A DNA stretch of 64,000 nt from Fimbriiglobus sp. (lineage in GTDB: Bacteria; Planctomycetota; Planctomycetia; Gemmatales; Gemmataceae): positions 97,994 through 161,993 of the forward strand of contig JBOFPH010000075.1 of NCBI GenBank assembly GCA_051659845.1, in the 5' to 3' direction. Made by a program: the position numbers and the translations under genes. Of the stretch, positions 18,714 through 27,700 are shown piece by piece; the stretch's first letter is position 1; every line of letters starts with the position of its first letter. The notes beneath the pieces were generated by a model. That model was not told the origin of the DNA, made no database searches, and saw only the letters and a list, made by a program, of their open reading frames with translations.

Positions 18714-18846
18714 CAGGAAGGAAAACTGAGAATCGCTTGTAGATCCTGTAAATCCTGATCATCCTGTCTGAGAACACGCAATTCTTTGGGACAGGATAAC
18801 CAGGATTTACAGGATGGAAAACCGAGATTCTTTTTGCAGATCCTGA
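18714..18846. repeat. Palindromic array of 9-bp repeats (3x NNNATCCTG, 25-nt spacer, 3x CAGGATNNN) flanked by two ~35-nt direct repeats
   Basis: Direct reading: tagatcctg taaatcctg atcatcctg tctgagaacacgcaattctttggga caggataac caggattta caggatgga. DR1 caggaaggaaaactgagaatcgcttgtagatcctg and DR2 caggatggaaaaccgagattctttttgcagatcctg. Located between the ABC permease stop and the prfB start. Confidence 0.6.
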
Positions 18847-18860
18847 AGACGCAGCCACTT

Positions 18861-19850
18861 CTAGCCTTTGCGGCTGGCGGCTCTCCGGCGGAGCCACTCG
18901 TCGATGATGCTGCCCAGGAAGAGTGTCAGGCCGACGATGATCGGGATCACATCATCGGGGACACCAGCAAAGGTGACGAGGTTCCCCAGAAGTGGCAGCA
19001 CCGCTGCCCCGAGGGCCATGCCGATGATGGTGCCTTCACCGCCACGCAAGCTGACGCCACCGAGCACAGCTCCTGTGATGGCGAGGAGTTCATAACTCAC
19101 ACCGACGTTATCAGGCTTCGCCGTGCCGTAATTCAGGAGCAAAAGACAGCCACCGAGGGCGGCGAGCGTTGAGCCGAGGGTAAACGCTGCGACGCGGTAG
19201 AAGCCAACGTTGACCCCCGAGTAGCGGGCGGCTTGCTCGTTGTATCCGAGGGCAAACCAATACCGGCCATGCACGCTCTTGTGCAGAATCAGCCCGATCA
19301 GCGCGGCCAAAACCAAGAAGACCCCCAGCATCGCTGGGTAGGCCAGGGTCTCATCGGCATCGAAGCCGATGAGGTATTTGCGAAGGAAGGTCAACGTCGC
19401 GGCGAAGTCGGGGTCTGGGTTTTTCATGATGGCTTCTTGCAACCCGACCTCACGGTTCTTGGTCATTAACCTGCCGACACCGCGCAGAATGAACATGCCG
19501 CAGAGTGTGACGAGAAAGGCTTGCAATCGCAATTTATGGACCAGTACTCCTTGTACGAAACCGACGAAGGTGCCCATCAACACCGTCAGCACAAGTGCCG
19601 CGACTGGGTGATAGCCCTTGCCCAACAGCACGCCAAAGAGCACGGCGCCGAGGCCGACGACCGACCCGAGTGACAGGTCGATGCCACCCGAGAGGATGAT
19701 GATCGCCGCGGAGATCGTCAGGATGCCAAAGAACCCCTGCCGGTTCGAAACTTCAATCAGGTTCGAAAGATTCAGTGCCCGGGGGTTGATGAAATAAAGG
19801 CACGCATAAAGGCTGAGCAACAAAATCAAGACGCCCGCAATCCGCTTCAT
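18861..19850 (-). CDS. Sugar ABC transporter permease (RbsC/AraH-type)
   Basis: Nine to ten TM helices and the Gly-rich permease signature (…GGIDLSLGSVVGLGAV…, …LLAITGAVLGGVSLRGGEGTIIG…). Start at internal Met MKRIAGV (19850), abutting the upstream ATPase stop. Confidence 0.85.
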   Translation of the reverse strand: MKRIAGVLILLLSLYACLYFINPRALNLSNLIEVSNRQGFFGILTISAAIIILSGGIDLSLGSVVGLGAVLFGVLLGKGYHPVAALVLTVLMGTFVGFVQGVLVHKLRLQAFLVTLCGMFILRGVGRLMTKNREVGLQEAIMKNPDPDFAATLTFLRKYLIGFDADETLAYPAMLGVFLVLAALIGLILHKSVHGRYWFALGYNEQAARYSGVNVGFYRVAAFTLGSTLAALGGCLLLLNYGTAKPDNVGVSYELLAITGAVLGGVSLRGGEGTIIGMALGAAVLPLLGNLVTFAGVPDDVIPIIVGLTLFLGSIIDEWLRRRAASRKG

Positions 19851-21358
19851 GTCACAGTTCCCCCGGTGGCGAGCGTCATGATGGTTTCTTCCCGGAACTC
19901 GTCTCGGGTCAGTTCGCCAGTGATCTTTCCTTCGTGCAGGACCGCGATGCGATCGGACAGCCCGAGGAGTTCTTCCATGTCGCTGGAGATCATCCATACC
20001 GCGACCCCCTGGCCGCAGAGTTCGTCGATCAACTTGTAAATCTCGGCTTTGGCCCCGACATCGACGCCACGGGTCGGCTCATCAAGAATCAAGACTTTTG
20101 GCCCACGAGCGAGCCATTTGCCGAACACGACTTTCTGCTGGTTGCCACCGGACAGGAAGCCAACGGTCTGTTTGGCGGACGGTGTCTTGATGCGAAGCCT
20201 GTCGATCATCGTCTGGTGCAACTGCCCTTCGGGGCCACTTCGCACCCAACCACACAAGCTGACTTGATCAAGATTCGGCAAGCTCAAATTCGCCCCAACC
20301 GAGGCTTCGAGCACGAGGCCATTCAACCGACGGTCTTCAGGGGCCATCAGCAATCCGGCTTCAATCGCGGCCTTCGGCGAACTAAGCTTTGCGGGTTGCC
20401 CGTCGATGTGGATCGTCCCGCCCGTCACCCAGCGTAGGCCAAACACGGCCTCAGCCAGTTCCGTGCGGCCCGCGCCGACCAGCCCCGCCATGCCGAGCAC
20501 TTCGCCATGCCTGACAACCAGCGAGACTGGGGACGAGGGACCATATTCGTAGGTGATGTTGTCCAGACGAAGGGCTTCGCCCTTCGGTGCGCCACGGTGC
20601 TCTCGGGGGAAGTATTGCTTCAAATCCCGGCCGACCATGTACTTGACGATGGCTTCGTGGGTGATCTCGCCTTTTTTCAGTGTGCCTGAGTATTTTCCAT
20701 CCCGCAGCACAAAGGCCCGATCGGCACAGCGGGTAATCTCCGCCAGCCGGTGCGATATGTAGAGAATCGAGACACCCTGCGCACGGAGCGAATCGATGAC
20801 TTCGTAAAGCCGTTCGGTTTCCGTTTGCGTGAGGCTCGAAGTTGGCTCGTCCATGATCAGGATTTGCGCTTCACGCCCCAAGGCCCGGGCGATCTCGACA
20901 AGTTGCTTTTGCCCCGGCGACAGTGTCGCCGCCTGGCGCGACTCGATCTCAGGCGGTAACCCGACCCGTGCGAGCAGCTCGATGGCCTGTGTCCGCATCG
21001 TGCGGTTATCTAGCCAACGCCACCGGCCGAAGGTGATCTCACGGCCCAGGAATAGATTCTCGGTGACCGTGAGATTCTCAGCGAGGCTTAGTTCTTGGTG
21101 AATGAGACTCACACCACAGGTGAGAGCATCCGCCGGCTTCTCGAAGCGAACCGGCTTGCCACGCAGTGTGAGCGAGCCGGCATCGGGTTGGTAGACGCCA
21201 GCGATGATCTTCATCAACGTCGATTTGCCAGCGCCGTTCTCACCCACTACGGCAAGCACTTCTCCGGGATAAATGTCCAACGAGACATCATCCAGTGCCT
21301 TGACACCGGGGAATGCCTTCGAGATCGACTTCGCTTCCAGTAACGGAACTTCGGTCAC
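19847..21358 (-). CDS. Sugar ABC transporter ATP-binding protein with duplicated ABC domains (RbsA/MglA-type)
   Basis: Walker A in domain 1 (GENGAGKST), signature LSPGQKQ, Walker B ILIMDEPT. A second ABC domain with LSGGNQQK…ILDEPTRGVD. Confidence 0.9.
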   Translation of the reverse strand: MTEVPLLEAKSISKAFPGVKALDDVSLDIYPGEVLAVVGENGAGKSTLMKIIAGVYQPDAGSLTLRGKPVRFEKPADALTCGVSLIHQELSLAENLTVTENLFLGREITFGRWRWLDNRTMRTQAIELLARVGLPPEIESRQAATLSPGQKQLVEIARALGREAQILIMDEPTSSLTQTETERLYEVIDSLRAQGVSILYISHRLAEITRCADRAFVLRDGKYSGTLKKGEITHEAIVKYMVGRDLKQYFPREHRGAPKGEALRLDNITYEYGPSSPVSLVVRHGEVLGMAGLVGAGRTELAEAVFGLRWVTGGTIHIDGQPAKLSSPKAAIEAGLLMAPEDRRLNGLVLEASVGANLSLPNLDQVSLCGWVRSGPEGQLHQTMIDRLRIKTPSAKQTVGFLSGGNQQKVVFGKWLARGPKVLILDEPTRGVDVGAKAEIYKLIDELCGQGVAVWMISSDMEELLGLSDRIAVLHEGKITGELTRDEFREETIMTLATGGTVT

Positions 21359-22422
21359 TTCTTCACCGAATCGAGGTTCGCTTGGAGTTGGGCTTTGAAA
21401 TCCGCGACTTTGAGATTCACGACCGTGAAGTCGTTGATCTTCTCCTCGGGTCCACCGTCTTTGGTCAGTACCTTGTACGGCACCGCGACATCCTTCGCCT
21501 TGGATTTGTCGCCTTTGGCGAGAGCTGCAAGTATCTCCACGGACTTGTAAGCATAACCAAAGGGATCCTGCACGATGGTGCCGAGGATCTCGCCATCCTG
21601 GATGCCTTTGAGCGTCGTCTGGTCTTCGTCAAAGGCCGCGATCGAGATTTTGCCGACCATGCCTTTGGCCTTCGCAGCCTGCAGAATGGCTTTCGGATTA
21701 TAAGCGTACAACCCGACAGCGATGAAGTTCGGGGTGCCTTGGTTCTTTTCGAGTACATCCTTGGCGCGGTCCTGAGCGACCGATTCGACCGCGTCATCGG
21801 TGTAGATGCCTTCGAGCTTGTACTTGCCGACCATCTTGCCCGGATCCCAGCTCGCGCCTTTGGCCCCAGCCAGTTGATCGAGCACACCGCCGATGCGTTC
21901 CTTGGCATTCGCAGAAGAGACCGAACCGATGAACACCGCCACGGTGCCGCCGTCTGGCTTGGCTTTTTGGATCATCCGCCCGACGGCTTTGCCCGCTTCG
22001 TAGTTATCGACACCGATGTAACAGAGCCGCTCGCTCTTGGCCGAGTCGTTATCCATCGTGATCAAGTGGACTTTCTTGCCAATCGCTTTGAGTGACGCGG
22101 CTTGGTCATCTGGTTTGATGACACTGACCGCGATGCCCGTGATCCCAAGTTTGACGACATCAATGACGATATCCGTCTGATCCGAGACCGTCTGATTGGC
22201 GGGTTGGCGGAAGATCACCTCGACATCAAAATCCTTGGCTGCCTTGTTGGCGCCCGCCTCGGCAATCGACCAGAACTCAGCGGTACAGTTGGTGACGATG
22301 GCGACTTTCGTCTTACCACTGCCTGAATTCGAGCCTTGCTGCTGTGAACAACCGGCAAAGATAGGGAAGACCGCCAACATGACAGCCCACAAACGACGAC
22401 GTGAGAAGAGCATGATCCACAC
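21355..22422 (-). CDS. Periplasmic sugar-binding lipoprotein (RbsB-like, PBP type I)
   Basis: Lipobox …FAGCSQ. KVAIVTN…FWSIAEAGA…KDFDVEVIF is typical of ribose/galactose-binding proteins. First gene of the SBP-ATPase-permease operon. Confidence 0.85.
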   Translation of the reverse strand: MWIMLFSRRRLWAVMLAVFPIFAGCSQQQGSNSGSGKTKVAIVTNCTAEFWSIAEAGANKAAKDFDVEVIFRQPANQTVSDQTDIVIDVVKLGITGIAVSVIKPDDQAASLKAIGKKVHLITMDNDSAKSERLCYIGVDNYEAGKAVGRMIQKAKPDGGTVAVFIGSVSSANAKERIGGVLDQLAGAKGASWDPGKMVGKYKLEGIYTDDAVESVAQDRAKDVLEKNQGTPNFIAVGLYAYNPKAILQAAKAKGMVGKISIAAFDEDQTTLKGIQDGEILGTIVQDPFGYAYKSVEILAALAKGDKSKAKDVAVPYKVLTKDGGPEEKINDFTVVNLKVADFKAQLQANLDSVKK

Positions 22423-22535
22423 TCCGGGAGAGATTTTCCTAAAGCATATTAAGAAAAATTGGCCTCACGCCAACCCTGGGCAGGTCAACGGAAGCATTCC
22501 GGATGGTATGGGAAGTTCGGTGAGAAAGTCGATGC

Positions 22536-23204
22536 CTAGCGGGTCCACTGGGGTGGTGTGGAAGGGGTCATCGTCGGTTGGGTCTTCTGGTTGCGGCTGG
22601 CTTTGGCGAGTTTGACGCGGGCTTCGGTGAGTAGCTCTTTGGGCAAGCCAGCGTTTTGCAGGATTTCCTCAGCGATCTCGTTCGGGTCTTCGCTCGGTCC
22701 GCTGGCTTTCTGGTTCGGCTTCGCTTGCTCGCGGAAGATCATCTCAGCCCGGAGTTGGTTCTCGTCCGGTTGGCTGCCGAGGCTACTGCTCGCTCCGGGG
22801 AGTGGCTTCATCGGTTCGGTGAGCCTCATGCGACGAGCCGCGCGGGCCTCTGAGCTCATCTTGCCAAGTTCGAGGGCCAACACGGCCGAGAGTTCGTCAT
22901 CGGTCTTGCAGCTTTCGACGAGGCCCTGCGAGATCATCAGGCCATCGCTACTCGGGTGGTAGATCGCCACGTCTTTGCTGCCGATGGCGTAGACGACCGG
23001 CGTGACACCGAGAAAAGGAGTCTGGGAGACCAGGGCGTCGCAGGCTTCATGAACTCGTGTCGTGACTTCGAGCGGAGCCGGAGGGGAGTTGGTGGTATCG
23101 ACGGGGATGCCATCGAAGAGGCTCGTGCTGTTTCGCCGTAGCTCTTCGCGTGTGCAGCCACACAGAAGCAATGCCACCGCCGGGAGCCAAAGTACGCGCA
23201 CCAT
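22536..23204 (-). CDS. Lipoprotein, hypothetical
   Basis: Lipobox LLLCGCTRE. No recognisable domain. Confidence 0.5.
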   Translation of the reverse strand: MVRVLWLPAVALLLCGCTREELRRNSTSLFDGIPVDTTNSPPAPLEVTTRVHEACDALVSQTPFLGVTPVVYAIGSKDVAIYHPSSDGLMISQGLVESCKTDDELSAVLALELGKMSSEARAARRMRLTEPMKPLPGASSSLGSQPDENQLRAEMIFREQAKPNQKASGPSEDPNEIAEEILQNAGLPKELLTEARVKLAKASRNQKTQPTMTPSTPPQWTR

Positions 23205-23273
23205 ACGAAAACACCCCAGACCAATGGACTCGGCTGGGGTGATAACGTGAGTCTTTGAGCTTGTCGAGTGGAA

Positions 23274-24284
23274 TCAGCGACGACCGCCAGGAGGCATCCC
23301 ACCGCCAGGAGGTGCTCCACCGCCACCAACGCGGCCTTGCATGACGTCTTGGGCACGCCGTTGGAATTTTTGCATCTGGTCGCGGAGTTGTGGGTCGCCG
23401 CGTTGCATGATCTCCAACTCGTGTTGGATTTCGGCACTCAATCGTTTCAATTCGGTCTCTTGGCGAGCCATCAAGGCGCGTTCGCGGGCCATTGAGACTT
23501 CCATCTGACGCATCTGCTTCTCGGAAGATTCTTCATCCTCACGGAGCTGACGACGGTCGGACTCCAGGCGTTTACGCTCCTGGGAAAGCCGGGTGGACTC
23601 ACGCTCGAGTTCGTCGGCCCACTCTTCCAGTTCGGTGCGGGTCTTGGGGACTACGGCCGCTTGCTGCGGTGCGAGTGCTCCGGAGTTGATCTGCTCCTCG
23701 ATCTGCTGCATCTGCGAGTTCAACTCTTCGACCTGCTGGTGTTTCGCTTCCAGAGTGGCTTGGAGTTCTTGTTCGCGGTTAGCGTATTGCTGTTCGGTGT
23801 CCGAGGCTTCTTGGAGAAGCTGTTTCATCTCGTCGAGAAGCGTGCGGAGTTCTTTGTTCTCGTTGCGAAGTCGTGCGACTTCGGGAGAGCCAGTCGGCGC
23901 TTCTTCAGGAACACTACGGGTCGGGTATCCACGGGTGCCAGAGCCAGTGCCACCATCACGGGCTGGCGGGGCAGGGCGAGCGCCTGAGCCAACATCTGGG
24001 GCGGCGCGGCCGTAACTGGGGTTCTCCATGGCTGCGATCCGGGCACCGATGCTGCCGACTCGAGTCGAGGACTCGCTCGGCTGGGGTGCGGGGGCAGGAG
24101 CTTGACCAGGCAAGCGTAACCGTGCGAGGGCATCGACTCCGAAACCGGGTAACGCTTCTGATTGTTCGGATGGCAACATCCCGAGACCGGCCATCGGCGG
24201 TGGAGTCGAAGCGAGCAAACGGCGGCGCAGCTCCGCTGCTGAGATCGACGGCGGGGGATCAGGTGGTGTATTAGGGGTAGACAT
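23274..24284 (-). CDS. Pro-rich N-terminus / long coiled-coil protein, hypothetical
   Basis: The N-terminal 130 aa are P/A/G-rich. The rest is a heptad-like, E/Q/R/L-rich coiled coil (…LEEWADELERESTRLSQERKRLESDRRQLREDEE…). The Gly-rich C-terminus ends GGGAPPGGGMPPGGRR. Confidence 0.55.
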   Translation of the reverse strand: MSTPNTPPDPPPSISAAELRRRLLASTPPPMAGLGMLPSEQSEALPGFGVDALARLRLPGQAPAPAPQPSESSTRVGSIGARIAAMENPSYGRAAPDVGSGARPAPPARDGGTGSGTRGYPTRSVPEEAPTGSPEVARLRNENKELRTLLDEMKQLLQEASDTEQQYANREQELQATLEAKHQQVEELNSQMQQIEEQINSGALAPQQAAVVPKTRTELEEWADELERESTRLSQERKRLESDRRQLREDEESSEKQMRQMEVSMARERALMARQETELKRLSAEIQHELEIMQRGDPQLRDQMQKFQRRAQDVMQGRVGGGGAPPGGGMPPGGRR

Positions 24285-24773
24285 AGAGCCTCAGCAACTC
24301 CAGGGAGCGATCCGACGGGTAAGGATCCTAGAGAATATGCCGATTACTCCGGGGAGTCGGAGGTTCAGCCTGTCTCAGTTTCCTGCGTAAACGTAACGAA
24401 ACGTAGGTTAGCAACGGGGTAAGTCAAACGAATTTCGCGCGCGCAATAAGTTCCGATGTGAACGCTGCTTCCGATCTTCAGGGCCTGCATGAACTCTGGG
24501 ACTCGCTTTCCCGCCAACGAACCTCAACACAGGCCGTTAAAGCGGGTAGATTTGCTTGGAACCGAACTTTGATAGTCTGGTTCAATCAGGCCGGTCAGAT
24601 GAGGTGTGAGGGCGGCGCGTAGGGTGCCACCCCAAGACAGTGATGCTTTCCAGGCTTTTGCTTTGGTGGCTGAGGGGTCTTGTCCTGTATCATCGACTTG
24701 TAAATTCACCCATTTTTCCGTTCTCGCGCCAGCGTTGCGGATCACTTGAGTTACTACTAGGAGTGCCCGAGCA

Positions 24774-27700
24774 ATGACCTTCGTCAAACGGCTCCGGCTA
24801 CTGACAGCGATCTTCGGGGTATCCACTGCCTCGCTCGCCGTTGGTATGTCGGTTTATGCGGACCTCAAGGACCGCAACCAACCTTTGGCTGCCAAGCCCA
24901 AGTCGGACACAGTCCAAGCGGCCACCGAGGCGGCCCGCACGAAATTCAGTGCCCTCCCCACGGTGACCTACCGCAACACCACGGGCGAAACACTCTTCGC
25001 TTGGCAGATCCGCCCTGAGTTGGTCGCCCAAGCGGGCCGACCACGCGACATCGCCGTGATGATCGACACCTCCGCATCCCAAGCTGGCCCCTGGATGCAG
25101 CGTGCACGCGCCATCCTCGATAGCCTTTCTAAGAATCTCGGCAGCGAAGACCGCGTCACGGTCTGGACCATCAACACCAACAACGCCGCGACCACCCGTT
25201 CGCTCACAAACGGCTTCGTCGCTCCAGAATCCGACGCAATGAAGTCGGCCATCAGTGTCCTCACCAATAAAGAGTACGGTTCGGGTGCAGTCGATCTTCC
25301 CGCTGGCATCGAAGCCGCGGCCAAGACCTTTGACCAACGCCCAGGCCGTCAGCAAGTCCTGCTGTACCTCGGTGATGGCGAAAGCGCGGCCAGCAAAGCC
25401 CCTCTGACCGAAAACAACCGCGTCGAACTGGGCCAGAAACTCGCGGACCGTGAAATCGCGTTCTTCGCAGTCCCCCTCGGCATCAAGATTCAAGCCGAAA
25501 ACCTGCACGGCCTCGCCATGCTGACCGGCGGCTGCCTGGTGCGGATCAGCGACGATCTCACCACCAATGACTTCACCAAGAAGTTGAAGACCGCGATCGA
25601 CGCTCCGATCCTCCGCACAGATCGCGTGACCTTCGGCCCTGAAGGCATGGAACTTTACCCGACCCGTTTGCCCCCACTTCGTAGCGACCGCTCAACGCTC
25701 GTGCTCGGCAAGACCAAGGCCACCGTCCAGACGATCTCGGCTCGTATCGAAGGCCGTGTTGGCACGACCAAGACGACCATCGATCTCTCGGATAAACTCG
25801 CCGATCCTTCGACCGATCACTATTTCCTGCCGGCGATGATCGACCAATACCGCAACACGACGGCAAAAGCCTCCCCTGTGATGCTCTCCTCGGATCGCAC
25901 CCTGGCGATGGCGAGCGAACAATACCGCTTGTTCCGTGATGAGTTCACGATTCAAGGCGTCTGGGCCATCTCTGCGGACCGTGTGGACCATGCTGAGAAG
26001 CTGTTCCAAGCGGCCCTCAACATTGACCCACAATCCAAAGAAGCCGCCTCGGGGATGAACATCGTCTCCGGTCTGCGTGGTGGTAAACTCAAAGCCGACG
26101 GCGTGAAGATGGGCCTCGCTCAAGGCGTGTCCATGACCCGGCTCCAAGAGCCAGGTGCCGAGCCAAAGAAAGAAGGCGCTAAACCGCTCCCCGCTCCGAC
26201 CGCTGGTGGTGCGACACCTGCCGAAAAGAGCCTGATCGAGCAAGCGAAGAATGCTCAAGCCGTGCTCGAGCAAGAGTACCGCATCCTGGTGGATGAGACG
26301 CTCCGCCGTGCTCGTCGGCTCATGACCTCTGACCCCGATTCGGCTTACGAAGACTTGAAACGTCAACGCGAGTCGGTCTTGGGCAATGAGCAACTCAGCG
26401 AGACCACACGCCAGAAACTCTCCAACGATCTCGAATCGGCGATGCGTGAAGTCACGCTCAAAGGCTCCGAAATCAAGCGAACTCTGTCCTCCCAGCGTGA
26501 ACGGATCGCCCAAGCACGTCAGCGGATCAATGAATTCGAACAAAAAGCGACACAGGAAGAACAAACTCGCGCCCGCATTGACTCCTTCCGCCAACTGATG
26601 AACCAAGCTCGCTTCGAACTGGCTCAGCAAGAAGCACAGGTCATGATTGCCGAGCGTGTCAGTCGTGGGCAGAACATCCCACCGGAAGCACTCGCAGCCT
26701 ACCGCATCAGCCAATCGGCGAACAACCTGCGCGAACTGACCGAACTGAAGCGGATTCGTGAGAACAACTACCTGCTCACGATGCTGCAAGTCGAGAAGTC
26801 CTTCGTTCCTTACCCTGATGAGCCACCGGTTCACTTCCCACCAGCTGCTGTCTGGCGTGAACTCACGGGCAGCCGCGTCGAGAAATACAGCAACGCGAAC
26901 CTCGGGCCAGATGCTCCTCCGAGCTTCAAACGGCTTCGCGCGGTCATCGAAGGCGAAACTTCGAAGCGTATCAAAATCAACAGCCTCGATGGGCTCACGC
27001 TCAGCGCTTTGCTCGCCACGATCTCGAAAGAGTTCGAAGACGATGGCGTGAAATTCGTCTTCCGCCAAGAACTCTTCCCAGCGGATTTCAAGCCTGGCGA
27101 AGAAAAGATCAAAACCACAAGCGATTTGGCGGGTCTCCCCCTCGGCACATTCCTCGACACGATCCTTCGGGACCTCAAGATGAGCTGGGTGGCTCGCCCT
27201 GAGTACATCGAGATTGGGCCAAATACCACCGAATACTCGCTGCGTTACGAAGAGAAAGTGACTCGGGTCTTTGACGTTGCGGAACTCATCGTCGGGATTC
27301 CGAACGCTCAGTCGACCTCGGCCTTGATTCAGAACCTTCAGTTCTTGGGCGCTCAAGCCACGATCTTCGGGACCACACTGCAGCCGATCTCCGGTTTGGG
27401 TGCGGGTGGCCTGGGTCTTGGTGGCCTGGGTGTCGGTGGCCTAGGTGTCGGCGGTCTCGGTGTCGGCGGTTTGGGCGCTGGCGGTCTGGGTGCTGGTGGT
27501 CTGGGCGCTGGTCTTGGGGCGGGTGGCCTCGGGGCGGGTCTCGGTGCCGCAGGCGGTCAGCCTGGTGGCCAGCAAGGCATCGCTGGTGCTGGCGGTGGTG
27601 CTGGCGGTGGCAACCAAGGACAACTCGGTTCTGCGTTCAGTATTCAAGGGAACGACCAGAGCGCGACCCTCGTGCAATTGATCACGTCGGTAGTCGCTCG

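Noticed and set aside
18714-18845. Possible mini-CRISPR: two ~35-nt direct repeats separated by ~60 nt
   Set aside because: Only two copies, and the 'spacer' is itself a palindromic 9-bp repeat array. No cas genes are present. It is better explained as a REP/MITE-like palindromic element.
24570-24610. tRNA-like T-loop sequence (tctggttcaatcaggcc) in the intergenic region
   Set aside because: The flanking sequence does not form a T-stem, acceptor stem or D-arm. No tRNA cloverleaf could be built.
24524-24826. 100-aa minus-strand ORF in the intergenic region upstream of the vWA gene
   Set aside because: No RBS or motif. It runs into the start of the vWA gene, and the region is more plausibly the promoter and 5' UTR of that gene.
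25692-27356. 554-aa ORF on the minus strand inside the large vWA gene
   Set aside because: It is entirely antisense to a well-supported 1518-aa gene whose domains (vWA MIDAS, coiled coil) are recognisable. The composition is Arg/Gly/Ala-rich, typical of GC-rich shadow frames, and it has no motifs.
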